Source: an uncultured Bacteroidaceae bacterium
GTDB taxonomy: Bacteria > Bacteroidota > Bacteroidia > Bacteroidales > GCA-2748055
DNA length: 64,000 nt
Direction of reading: 5' to 3'
Assembly: GCA_964526475.1 (NCBI GenBank)
Contig: CAZGKF010000006.1
Location: 25,272 to 89,271 of the forward strand
Below, piece by piece: positions 37,101 through 46,266 of this stretch. Position 1 is the stretch's first letter. Every line of letters begins with the position of its first letter. The notes under the pieces were generated by a model that was not told where the DNA came from, did not search any database, and saw only the letters and a program-made list of their open reading frames with translations. Position numbers and translations under genes: made by a program.

Positions 37101-38252
37101 ATGTCAACTCGTTTAAAATGGTTTAATCTGTTTATACTCCCATTATTTGGGATAATGATGCTTATGGGCCATAATGCAGTGGCTGGCGATAGTTTATTTT
37201 TATATACTCCATTTACAAAAATTACCGTACCACCGGGAGAAGCTATCGATTACACAATAGATGTTATAAACAAAAGCAGTAAAACCCAGACTGCTGAAAT
37301 AAAGATCACGGGAATGCCGAGGGGATGGGATTATGTTCTGAAGTCGGCAGCCTGGAATGTCAGCCAGATTTCAGTTCTTCCTGATGAGAAGAAAGGCTTT
37401 TCCCTTAGAGTTGAAGTCCCCATGAAAGTAAACAAGGGTACATATCGTTTTAATGTTGTTGCAGATGGACTATATACTTTGCCCCTGTATATTATTGTAT
37501 CCGAGCAGGGAACATTTAAAACAGAATTTACTACGAAACAACCGAATATGGAGGGTGCCCCTACTTCCCAGTTTACATTTATAGCTGATTTAAGAAACAG
37601 AACTGCAGATGATCAGTTGTACGCATTAAGGGCTGATGCTCCCAGAGGTTGGAATGTTGTATTTAAAGCTGATTACAAGCAGGTTACGTCTGTTAATGTA
37701 GAAGCGAATAATAGTTCGAACATAAGTATTGAAGTAAAAGCCCCGGATAGGACAAAAGCAGGAACATATAAAATTCCTGTAAGCGCATCAACTAATGTGA
37801 CATCAGCAAACCTGGAGTTTGAAGTAGTTATAACAGGGACGTATGAGATGGAGCTTACTACTCCTACAGGTTTATTGAGTACAAGTATTACCGCAGGTGG
37901 CGAAAGACGTGTGGAACTACTTTTGAAAAATACCGGTTCCTCTCTACTCAATGATATTAAACTTAGTGCCTCTGCACCTGTTAACTGGGATGTTATTTTC
38001 GATCCGCAAAATATCGACAAACTTGATCCAGGGGATAATGCACAGATTTTTGCCACTATTAAACCGGATAAAAAAGCAATAGCCGGAGACTATGTAACGA
38101 ATATTGATGCCAGAATCCCGGAAGTTTCCTCGAGAGCTGCCTTCAGAATTTCTGTAAAAACCCCAATGCTTCTTGGCTGGATTGGTGTTCTGATAATTTT
38201 TGTTGCTCTGGGAACAGTGTATCATTTATTCCGAAAATATGGAAGGAGGTAA
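37101..38252 (+). CDS. Membrane-anchored protein with three NEW3/CARDB-like Ig-fold repeats (COG1470-like)
   Basis: 383 aa with signal peptide, three similar ~100-aa repeats (GMPRGWDYVLK...KGTYRFNVV; APRGWNVVFK...AGTYKIPVS; APVNWDVIFD...AGDYVTNID) and a C-terminal TM anchor. Confidence 0.55.
   Translation: MSTRLKWFNLFILPLFGIMMLMGHNAVAGDSLFLYTPFTKITVPPGEAIDYTIDVINKSSKTQTAEIKITGMPRGWDYVLKSAAWNVSQISVLPDEKKGFSLRVEVPMKVNKGTYRFNVVADGLYTLPLYIIVSEQGTFKTEFTTKQPNMEGAPTSQFTFIADLRNRTADDQLYALRADAPRGWNVVFKADYKQVTSVNVEANNSSNISIEVKAPDRTKAGTYKIPVSASTNVTSANLEFEVVITGTYEMELTTPTGLLSTSITAGGERRVELLLKNTGSSLLNDIKLSASAPVNWDVIFDPQNIDKLDPGDNAQIFATIKPDKKAIAGDYVTNIDARIPEVSSRAAFRISVKTPMLLGWIGVLIIFVALGTVYHLFRKYGRR
38243..38250 (+). 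promoter_or_regulatory. Shine-Dalgarno-like site (AAGGAGGT) before the ABC ATPase gene
   Basis: aaggaggt lies within the end of the upstream gene, with GGAGG 6 nt before the GTG start at 38256. Confidence 0.4.
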
Positions 38253-38255
38253 ACC

Positions 38256-39245
38256 GTGGACGGCAATATTATCGAACTTGTTGATCTGACAAAAGAATAC
38301 GGATCGCATATGGTTGTCAATCGCCTTAATCTGAAAATAGGTAAGGGTGAGGTATTTGGTTTGCTTGGACCGAACGGTGCAGGGAAAACTACAACCATTC
38401 TGATGCTGCTCGGATTAACTGAGCCATCATCAGGTTCTGTCCATGTATGTGGAATAAATTCTACCACTAACCCGATTGAAGTGAAAAGAAGAGTAGGATA
38501 TCTTCCTGAAAACGTGGGGTTTTATGATGATCTGACAGGGCTGGAGAATCTTATGTTTACAGCGCGTTTAAATGGTAATTCCAACAATTCAGCTGCTCAG
38601 AAAGCCGAACAATTACTTATGCAGGTAGGGTTAAAGGATTCCGGAAATAAAAAAGCAGGACATTATTCAAGGGGAATGCTTCAGCGCCTCGGACTTGCGG
38701 ATGTGTTAATAAAAAATCCGGAAGTTATTATTCTGGATGAACCTACTCTTGGCATTGATCCTACTGGTGTAAAAGAGTTCCTTGAATTAATTGTACATTT
38801 GAGTAAAGAGGATGGCATCACAGTTTTGCTTTCTTCCCACCATTTATACCAGGTACAGCAGGTATGTGACAGAGTCGGATTATTTGTTAAGGGGAACCTT
38901 ATTGCTGAAGGGAATATAAATTCTTTGTCGCAGAGATTATTCTCCCACGAGCCATTTAGTGTTGAGGCCGGGTTTTCCCCGGATGAAAATTTATTATCAG
39001 GCCATCTTCCTGGCACAGGACATTCAGGAGATAACCTGAAGAAGGCCCTGGAGAATATCGAAGGTGTAATGAAGGTGGAGTTAAAGGAAAATAAATTCAC
39101 TATTGGTTGTTCACGGGATGCAACAAATGATATTGCCCGAATAATAATTGAATCAGGTGCCGGATTAAGTTTTCTGAATAAAAGGGAGTATGGGCTCGAT
39201 GATATTTATAACCGTTATTTCGAAGGAGGAGGGAATCATGAATAA
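38256..39245 (+). CDS. ABC transporter ATP-binding protein
   Basis: 329 aa with Walker A GPNGAGKTT, signature YSRGMLQRLGLA, Walker B VIILDEPTLGID and H-loop SSHHL. GTG start. Confidence 0.9.
   Translation: MDGNIIELVDLTKEYGSHMVVNRLNLKIGKGEVFGLLGPNGAGKTTTILMLLGLTEPSSGSVHVCGINSTTNPIEVKRRVGYLPENVGFYDDLTGLENLMFTARLNGNSNNSAAQKAEQLLMQVGLKDSGNKKAGHYSRGMLQRLGLADVLIKNPEVIILDEPTLGIDPTGVKEFLELIVHLSKEDGITVLLSSHHLYQVQQVCDRVGLFVKGNLIAEGNINSLSQRLFSHEPFSVEAGFSPDENLLSGHLPGTGHSGDNLKKALENIEGVMKVELKENKFTIGCSRDATNDIARIIIESGAGLSFLNKREYGLDDIYNRYFEGGGNHE
39223..39233 (+). promoter_or_regulatory. Shine-Dalgarno-like site (AAGGAGGAGGG) before the ABC-2 permease gene
   Basis: aaggaggaggg lies within the end of the ATPase gene, with GGAGG 8 nt before ATG 39238. 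Confidence 0.4.
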
Positions 39246-40260
39246 TATGGAAAAAAAAGATAAAAGATTTTCCCCGCGTTTCAATTTCCTGAGATGGTTT
39301 AATACGGATGATGAGGTTATTCATCCTTTCCGGGTGTTAGTAAACAAGGAAATTTCTGATCACGTTAAAAGCTGGCGGTTTATTATTCTTTTTATAATTA
39401 TTGTTATAACCTGTGCCGGGTCAATGTATACCGCGTTCAATAATATTAGCACTGTAGCAAAGGAAGAAGGTGAAAATACTTACTTTTTCCTTAGATTATT
39501 TACCTTATCTGATGGAACACTCCCGTCTTTTCTGGTTTTCATTAGTTTTCTTGGTCCTCTCCTGGGCATCAGCCTGGGGTTCGATGCAGTGAATTCAGAG
39601 CAGACAAAAGGAACATTAAGCCGGATACTTGCCCAGCCAATTCATCGCGATTATATCATTAATGCCAAGTTTACTGCTGCTTTAACTGTTATTAGTATAA
39701 TGCTTTTTGCTCTGGTATTCCTTTCTCTGGGAATCGGAATTATTTTAATTGGCATTCCTCCCACAGCAGAAGAATTTTTACGTATTATTTTCTTTATGCT
39801 GCTTAGTATTGTGTACGTGGCATTCTGGTTAAATTTATCAATACTTTTTTCAGTACAATTTCGTCACGCTGCAACTTCTGCTCTCGCCGGTATTGCAGTC
39901 TGGTTGTTCTTCAGTGTATTTTATGCCATGATCGTTAATCTTATCGCCAAGGCAACTTTACCGTCAGAATTGGCAAGTCCTCAGCAAATAATCAGTTACC
40001 AGAAATTTATTACAAATTTGTTAAGGTTAGTGCCAAGCCAGCTCTTTAGCGATGCAACCACAACTTTACTGATGCCATCAATTCGCAGTCTAAGCCCGTT
40101 AACAATGGAACAGATACATGGTACCATTCCCAGCCCTCTACCACTGGGGCAGAGCTTATTGGTCGTCTGGCCACAGCTTACCGGAATGATAGCTGCAACT
40201 ATTGTATGTTTCGTTTTTTCTTATGTACCATTTATGAGAAGGGAAATTCGGTCAAGATAA
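39238..40260 (+). CDS. ABC-2-type transporter permease
   Basis: About 340 aa taken from ATG 39238 (the track ORF starts at 39190). Six hydrophobic segments. Overlaps the ATPase stop (ATGAATAA). Confidence 0.7.
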   Translation: MNNMEKKDKRFSPRFNFLRWFNTDDEVIHPFRVLVNKEISDHVKSWRFIILFIIIVITCAGSMYTAFNNISTVAKEEGENTYFFLRLFTLSDGTLPSFLVFISFLGPLLGISLGFDAVNSEQTKGTLSRILAQPIHRDYIINAKFTAALTVISIMLFALVFLSLGIGIILIGIPPTAEEFLRIIFFMLLSIVYVAFWLNLSILFSVQFRHAATSALAGIAVWLFFSVFYAMIVNLIAKATLPSELASPQQIISYQKFITNLLRLVPSQLFSDATTTLLMPSIRSLSPLTMEQIHGTIPSPLPLGQSLLVVWPQLTGMIAATIVCFVFSYVPFMRREIRSR

Positions 40261-40264
40261 ACGG

Positions 40265-40645
40265 TCAGACTTTCTTATTTTTCTTTAAGTATTTGTTAAT
40301 TTCCTTGCGTTCTTTCCGGGAAAGTTTATAGTTTACAAGTATCCCGATTATCATCTGGCTGGCAGAATCTCCGAACAAAATGTTCAGCATTTTATTTATA
40401 AAATACTTTTGGGCTTTTTTATGGGAAAATAAGGGCGTATATACATGAGAACGACCAGAAGTGTCCCTCTCCAGTAAGCCTTTTTCTGTCATGATCTGCA
40501 TAGTTTTAAGGCTGGTGGTATAACCGGTATTCCTCTTTTCTTTCAGGACTTCAAATACTTCCCGTACAGTGGCAGAACCTTTTTTCCATAGTACCTGTAA
40601 GATTTCAAGTTCCCTTTCTGTGGGATGAACTGTTATTTTGGTCAT
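40265..40645 (-). CDS. BlaI/MecI/CopY-family transcriptional repressor
   Basis: From ATG 40645: MTKITVHPTERELEILQVLWKKGSATVREVFEVLKEKRNTGYTTSLKTMQIMTEKGLLERD, a typical penicillinase-repressor winged helix. No adjacent BlaR1/M56 sensor gene. Confidence 0.8.
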   Translation of the reverse strand: MTKITVHPTERELEILQVLWKKGSATVREVFEVLKEKRNTGYTTSLKTMQIMTEKGLLERDTSGRSHVYTPLFSHKKAQKYFINKMLNILFGDSASQMIIGILVNYKLSRKERKEINKYLKKNKKV

Positions 40646-40927
40646 AATAATTGAATTATAAAAAGTAAATATACTACGAAAAAATTCGTAATACAAATAT
40701 TTTAGAAAAAAATGTAGTGAAGAAAGATTTAGAGAATCACTTCAAGGTAATTTGTTCCTTTCAAATCCCGCAATTTATATAGATATAGAAATCCCAAAAT
40801 GAATTAAGGTGTAAATTAATTTAAAAAATAACTTTACACCCGATTATTCAAAATGTTCTATTAATTTAATACCTTTTAAGAAAGTAAAAGTAGAGCATTT
40901 ATATACCGAAAAAGTTGATTCATAATG

Positions 40928-40940
40928 TGAACAATGTTCA
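40928..40940. promoter_or_regulatory. TGAACA-a-TGTTCA palindrome in the BlaI / 41156-gene divergent intergenic region (candidate operator)
   Basis: Perfect 6-bp inverted repeat tgaacaatgttca, with a third half-site atgttcat at 40972-40979. A separate TGTAAA...TTTACA dyad (ggtgtaaa-N17-tttacacc) lies near 40808-40841. Confidence 0.25.
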
Positions 40941-41155
40941 TTTTATTAACCTTTTTATTCGATGTTCATTACCACTTTGGAGGATTTTCTGAATTATCAG
41001 ACAGCCGTCCGTGGTGAGGAAGGATTGGGTTGAATTATCTTCGGGATGAAACAGAGTATTTATAGGATTGTTTTATCGCCTTTGAAGAATAAGACAATAA
41101 TCAACAACAAAGAACAAGGTTTATAAATCCCTGTTTCAGTTATAACCCCATAATT

Positions 41156-42280
41156 ATGAATTTTAAACAGACTGTAGGTAATTACCATGATCTGCACGTT
41201 ATAGTTAAGACCCGGGCGGATGAAAAACTTATTCAACATCTCAAAAAAACAATTCTTGGGACCCCAGGAGGCTTAAGGTACAAGCATACAGATCAGGAGA
41301 AGAAACTTGAATATATAGGGGAGTCGTATTTCATGATACTTTATAAAATGTCCCGTATGCTTGGCTCTGTTGGGTTTTGTCTGAGAGAAACATATAAAGA
41401 TTCCGTGCCGGAAAAATCGTGGTACATAAGGTACTTCGCTATTCACTCCCCTCTGAGGGCGCAAAAGGGAAAACAATTAAAAGATAAAACCAAAGCTGAC
41501 AGAGGTGATGGAATTTTAAAAAGCCTTGCTTTGCCCTATTTCAGCAATCCGGATATTCTCCAGTATCCAACAACTGGTTCTGTGTCGAAGTCTATCATCT
41601 TCTCCTATATTGATAAAGAAAATCCCCGTTCGCTTGAATTTAGCGAACAGATGGGATTTGTTCCTCTGAGAACTTTCGAGACAATTATTTATTCTCGCTT
41701 TACACCCCGGCAAATCAACTGTGTTAAAAGGATCACCGATGAAGAAAAGCCTTTTGTGCTCAGTGAGTTAAGGAGTTTTTACAAGGACTATACTCTGTAT
41801 AGTAACCGGAACATCTTTTATAATAATAGTTATTATCTTGCATATGAAAATAGTGAGATAGTGGCAGGCCTCCAGGCAAATCATGAAATATGGCAGATCG
41901 TTGAGATGGGAGGTGTTAGCGGTAAGCTCCTTGTTAATTTTCTTCCCCGTATTCCTGGATTTAGGAAGTTCTTAAATCCTGAAAGATTTGAGTTCCTTGC
42001 GCTGGAAGGGATATGGTATAAAGAGGGGAAAGCGCAATATATTGCTGATATAATAGAAACAGTGCTTTCCCTTAAAAAAATCCATGTTGCTTTGACATGG
42101 CAGGATATAGGATCGCATATAAGCACAGACCTTATGAAAGCAGGAAATTTCGGATTTCTAAAATATTTTATAAAAGCTGGTAAGGGAGAAATTTACATCA
42201 AGTTTATTTCCTTTGACGAAAAGGAAAAGGAGGAATATTTCAACAAACCTGCTTATCTTTCTGCATTTGATATGACGTAA
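41156..42280 (+). CDS. Hypothetical protein, possibly GNAT-like acyltransferase fold
   Basis: 374 aa. Segments such as WYIRYFAIHSP and IDKENPRSLEFSEQMGF resemble GNAT motifs A/B. This is weak, by-eye evidence only. Confidence 0.35.
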   Translation: MNFKQTVGNYHDLHVIVKTRADEKLIQHLKKTILGTPGGLRYKHTDQEKKLEYIGESYFMILYKMSRMLGSVGFCLRETYKDSVPEKSWYIRYFAIHSPLRAQKGKQLKDKTKADRGDGILKSLALPYFSNPDILQYPTTGSVSKSIIFSYIDKENPRSLEFSEQMGFVPLRTFETIIYSRFTPRQINCVKRITDEEKPFVLSELRSFYKDYTLYSNRNIFYNNSYYLAYENSEIVAGLQANHEIWQIVEMGGVSGKLLVNFLPRIPGFRKFLNPERFEFLALEGIWYKEGKAQYIADIIETVLSLKKIHVALTWQDIGSHISTDLMKAGNFGFLKYFIKAGKGEIYIKFISFDEKEKEEYFNKPAYLSAFDMT

Positions 42281-42538
42281 TGATGTTTTTTTCGTTATAC
42301 AGATGGGGGAGTTTGTAAATCTAGTTATTTACTCGGTTTCCTCCACTTTTTTCTGTGTGCATCAGCAGGAATACCTTTTTCTATCTTTAATTTATGTCCC
42401 GCAGATATAACGCAGAAGGATGATTTGAGATAACCGCATAAGCGTTTTATTTAATAAAATTTAACAATAGCTCTCTGTTCATTTTTCTAGTCATGTTATA
42501 CTTTTTTTATATATTTGAAAGAATTTAATGCAACACAG

Positions 42539-43096
42539 ATGATTATCCGTGTCCTCCTGATATTTGTTTTTAGTCTTTTTAGTGCCGGGATATTCGCTCA
42601 GTCAGACAAACCATCTGGCAATGAAATGAGACCAGTTTCCAGACAACTGCAGAAAATACGCTGGGAGATGGAACTTGGTACTGCCTTCAGCTTTATTCCA
42701 AATTACGGTGGAGGTATGAATTATTTTGCAGCTCCAGGTTTTTCCTTTCCATTGAAAAACAATTTGTCATTTCACGCAGGAGTTTTAACAGGATTCAGTT
42801 CCCGCTCTTTTCCTGTTTTTGCAGAACAAAGTGAAAATGAAAGCAACTATGGATATACATCCATTTACGGTTCGGTTTCTTATCAAATGAATGAAAAGGT
42901 ATTTTTTTACGGCACCGGAATTAAAAATATTGCCAGATATGGTATGGCTACTCCGCTATCTTTTAATTCCTTCGATGAAATAAGTTTTGGATCCAGTATC
43001 CGGCTGGGACGATCTTTTACTATTGGTGCGTCAATACATTTCAGGGATTATGGCTATCCGGTGAATAACTTTTCTTCGCCTTTTTTTAATTACTAA
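42539..43096 (+). CDS. Hypothetical secreted protein, small beta-barrel-like
   Basis: Signal peptide from ATG 42539 (MIIRVLLIFVFSLFSAGIFAQ; the track ORF begins at TTG 42515), an alternating beta-strand pattern and a terminal aromatic residue. Confidence 0.4.
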   Translation: MIIRVLLIFVFSLFSAGIFAQSDKPSGNEMRPVSRQLQKIRWEMELGTAFSFIPNYGGGMNYFAAPGFSFPLKNNLSFHAGVLTGFSSRSFPVFAEQSENESNYGYTSIYGSVSYQMNEKVFFYGTGIKNIARYGMATPLSFNSFDEISFGSSIRLGRSFTIGASIHFRDYGYPVNNFSSPFFNY

Positions 43097-43125
43097 ACAA
43101 CACTTGTCCCCCTGGTTTTATTATT

Positions 43126-44136
43126 TTACTTCACAAAAGCAGGTTCTCCCTGAATGGAATTAATTATTTCCAGCGCTTTTTCCACTTCTTTTTGTTCGCC
43201 TCTTATGCAGATCGTAACGGCTCCTTCAGCTCCTCCAATTCCACCTGATGCAATATGCAAAACATCAACATTTGCAAATTGTTTTATAGCTTCTATTTCA
43301 GTGAAAAGTTCCCCCTCAATGCTCCATATAAAAGGCATTTTTTTCCCGGCAGGCTCATGAGGAATTTTTGTGTACCAGTTAAGAAGATGTATATCCTGGG
43401 ATGACTCTTTTTCCAATCCAACAGGAATTATTAAACGAAGATTTCTTTCTCTTATTTTCGGAACGATTACTCCGGTTGTACCTCCTGTTGGGTGTCCAAT
43501 TAACACTCCGGCCTGACCTTTTTTGTAATTGATTATGCTGGCTCCTTTAAGTACGATATCTCCTTCGTTCATTCCATCTAGTGCCTCGTTATACGGAATG
43601 TCCTTTATTACTCCATCCTTTATTACTAACTCCTGGCGCGACTTACTGCGGTCCAGCTTTACTTCCCCCTTTTCCGGCAGTATATGTCCCAGGACATACT
43701 CTCCTCTGTTTAAGGTTTCATTTAAAAGTTCTTCAGCGATGTAGGTATTGGTGGTTCCTTTATTTACAATGACTTGTCCTTTCTTAAGACGTTCTTTAAA
43801 AGGGGGATACTTCATCAGCCCTTTGGCAATAAGTCGTTTACTCTCTGCTACCGTTAATGATACCCATGCCTGGTGTGTGGAACTTACGGTGTCGGAGACT
43901 CCCTCCCAGCTTTCTGGATAAACCCTGAGTTGATTATTGAAGTTGTTGATATAAATTGCCTCCTGTTTCAGGTCATCGTCAGTTTCATCATCTCCGGTTG
44001 AATAATTAAAAGGAATGGTGTAAAAACTTTTATCAGCTTTCTGACGGTTTGTATCTTTTAAAACAATATTTAATTTAATGATCAGAAAGAGCATCACTCC
44101 GGCTAATATGAAATTTAAGACTTTAGCATTAACCAT
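43126..44136 (-). CDS. Hypothetical membrane-anchored protein, unrecognised family (Gly-rich loops GHPTGGTTG and ASGGIGGAEGA)
   Basis: The track ORF starts at TTG 44181. ATG 44136 gives MVNAKVLNFILAGVMLFLII..., an N-terminal TM anchor. It is last in a three-gene minus-strand unit with the NosR/NapH-like gene. Confidence 0.5.
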   Translation of the reverse strand: MVNAKVLNFILAGVMLFLIIKLNIVLKDTNRQKADKSFYTIPFNYSTGDDETDDDLKQEAIYINNFNNQLRVYPESWEGVSDTVSSTHQAWVSLTVAESKRLIAKGLMKYPPFKERLKKGQVIVNKGTTNTYIAEELLNETLNRGEYVLGHILPEKGEVKLDRSKSRQELVIKDGVIKDIPYNEALDGMNEGDIVLKGASIINYKKGQAGVLIGHPTGGTTGVIVPKIRERNLRLIIPVGLEKESSQDIHLLNWYTKIPHEPAGKKMPFIWSIEGELFTEIEAIKQFANVDVLHIASGGIGGAEGAVTICIRGEQKEVEKALEIINSIQGEPAFVK

Positions 44137-44257
44137 ATCTTTATTTTTTAGTAATATACATATCTTTTCATTGGTGTCCAATAATATTTTTTATAATTGT
44201 CTAAATATATTGATTTTATTAATGTTTTGATATTTTACCGGACAACAGTGATATCTT

Positions 44258-45424
44258 TTATCTTATCCAGTCTAATATATATCCGGTAGGACAGCAGTAC
44301 CTGCACCAGGCTTTCGGAATAAATAATGAAAGTATGAGGAAGAATGCTGCAAGGCCCGGTACCCAGTATCCGGCTTTAGTAACAGAAAATGCAGAGAAAG
44401 GCTCAATAAAATTGAGGTCAAAAACGAATCCTGTCCAAAGTAGTATCATCACCAAAGTGAATATTGCCTCTCGTAAATATTTTATTATTTCAGAAACCCG
44501 TGGTGGTATTTTTGCTTTTTTAGAACCGACTTTCCCACATAATTCCTGTGCGGCTCCATAGGGGCATACCCAGGTACAGTAAAATGCTTTACCGAATAAC
44601 ACGGGAAAAAGGACTGAAAGCAGGAATATGAAGGCTGCAATAGTTTGCAATCGCCAGTTAATGCCTCCCGAGACCCAATTTACGATCTGTGCAAAGGAGA
44701 TAAATTGAGTTATCCAGAATCCAAAAATAATAACTGCTGCTATCTGCAGAATAGTACGGAATTTCATAAACACTTTAGGTTTAAAAAAGGCAAAGACCAG
44801 CACTGCCAAAAGCAGAAAAGAGATAATATTTCCCATTGTCAGGGGGTTAAAGGGCGGGGTAATTCTATGTCCGGAAGAAACACTTTTTATTCCTGAAATA
44901 ATTGCCTGGCTGGTAATAGTTGCTCCTGAAAGCATGTCAACTTCCTGAGCTGCTGCATTGGCAAGTAAAGTTCCATTCCATTGTGCAAGAAATTCTGAGA
45001 GTGCAATATCCGTTAAATAATCGGAACTTTCATAATGGTTGCCGGGTAAAACCCCTTTAATAGTATCGTTGGCATCGGTGAATATATATATGGGAACACG
45101 ACCCCCATAGCCCTGTTCACCCTTGTACCACAGAGCCCGACCTAGAAACTTTTTCCGGGCATTAAAAATTTGGAACTGGTTTTCATTTACCTTATCTACC
45201 CTTGCTGCATCAGGAAAAAATGGATAACAGTCACTCAAATTTAGGACTATCTCCGCATTGATTTTTGAAGCCCCCTCTGTTTTTACTCCAAATATCTGCC
45301 CTCGCCAGGCTGCTGCTGACAGTAAAAAAAGTATCATTAACAGCAGGCGACTTAAGGATTTATATACAGCTTTTCTTCTTTTGTGCTTTAAAGTTATTTT
45401 TAAATGATCCTCAATATTATTCAT
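44258..45424 (-). CDS. NosR/NirI-like membrane protein: periplasmic FMN-binding domain plus NapH-type CX3CP iron-sulfur motifs
   Basis: 388 aa with FMN_bind signature VDMLSGATITSQAIISGI, five or more TM segments, and CTWVCPYGAAQE and CRYCCPTGYI motifs. Confidence 0.75.
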   Translation of the reverse strand: MNNIEDHLKITLKHKRRKAVYKSLSRLLLMILFLLSAAAWRGQIFGVKTEGASKINAEIVLNLSDCYPFFPDAARVDKVNENQFQIFNARKKFLGRALWYKGEQGYGGRVPIYIFTDANDTIKGVLPGNHYESSDYLTDIALSEFLAQWNGTLLANAAAQEVDMLSGATITSQAIISGIKSVSSGHRITPPFNPLTMGNIISFLLLAVLVFAFFKPKVFMKFRTILQIAAVIIFGFWITQFISFAQIVNWVSGGINWRLQTIAAFIFLLSVLFPVLFGKAFYCTWVCPYGAAQELCGKVGSKKAKIPPRVSEIIKYLREAIFTLVMILLWTGFVFDLNFIEPFSAFSVTKAGYWVPGLAAFFLILSLFIPKAWCRYCCPTGYILDWIR

Positions 45425-45629
45425 GCAGTTCTATTTCAATATTGTTAACTATCTCTTTTTTTATAGTTGTAAAAATAGGTTTTTGTGCAATACTTTGTTT
45501 AATCAACACTCCAAATGCAACAGGAAAAACACAATTGTTCTTTATCCGATAAAAATAACGATTTACTTTGATATATTTCGCGAAACTTTTTTCACCCTTC
45601 GGTCGTCGTGCATCCAGTCCTAAGCTCAT
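45417..45629 (-). CDS. Small hypothetical protein, overlaps the start of the NosR-like gene
   Basis: About 70 aa from ATG 45629 (the track ORF starts at TTG 45701). Its stop overlaps the downstream ATG (ATGAATAA at 45417-45424). No family recognised, so it could be spurious. Confidence 0.3.
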   Translation of the reverse strand: MSLGLDARRPKGEKSFAKYIKVNRYFYRIKNNCVFPVAFGVLIKQSIAQKPIFTTIKKEIVNNIEIELHE

Positions 45630-45778
45630 AACATTGTCGGTATAAAATGACAAAAGTGAAGAAATAGTACTGAACCATTTTAATAATAATGCCCGGCTCA
45701 AAGGGGCGCGTGTTAGTGAAGTGTGAATTATTTACAGATGCTTTTGCATTTTAAGTACAGTATTGAAAAAATCAATAA

Positions 45779-46198
45779 TTAATTAAACACCCTTGTTGCA
45801 AAAATAAACTTTTCCTTCCACCATGCATCTTCCAGTGAAGTTACGGTTACGCCATTTTTTGAAGAGGTATGGATAAACTTTTTATCCCCGATATATATGC
45901 CAGAATGGGTAATGAAACGATGTGTATTATATGACCTGATAAAAAAGACCATATCCCCTTCTTTCAGTTCATCCATACCTGACAATATTTTTCCGTATCG
46001 AGCCTGTTCTTCCGAACTATGGGGTAATTGGATACCATGTGTTGCAAAAACCCTTACCAGTAAACCTGAGCAATCCATGCACTTCTTAGTTGTCCCTCCT
46101 ATACAATGAGGCACTCCAAGGTATTTTTTAGCGGTGTTTATGATTTCATCAGGTTTGGTATTATGAGTGTTTATTACCTTTTCAGTATCCGCGCTCAT
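45779..46198 (-). CDS. NlpC/P60 (C40) family peptidase
   Basis: 139 aa with catalytic Cys context MDCSGLLVRVF and His context THSGIYIGDKKFIHTS. Confidence 0.8.
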   Translation of the reverse strand: MSADTEKVINTHNTKPDEIINTAKKYLGVPHCIGGTTKKCMDCSGLLVRVFATHGIQLPHSSEEQARYGKILSGMDELKEGDMVFFIRSYNTHRFITHSGIYIGDKKFIHTSSKNGVTVTSLEDAWWKEKFIFATRVFN

Positions 46199-46266
46199 AA
46201 AGTCATTCAGCTTTCTTTTTTCAGCCTGGCTTTCGATGTTCTGAAATTAAACTTAAAAAAAGAGCC

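Noticed and set aside
37673-39100. Minus-strand ORFs of 127, 93, 81 and 139 aa antisense to the NEW3-repeat and ABC ATPase genes
   Set aside because: They are shadow ORFs opposite genes with clear Walker/ABC motifs or internal repeats, and they have no motifs of their own.
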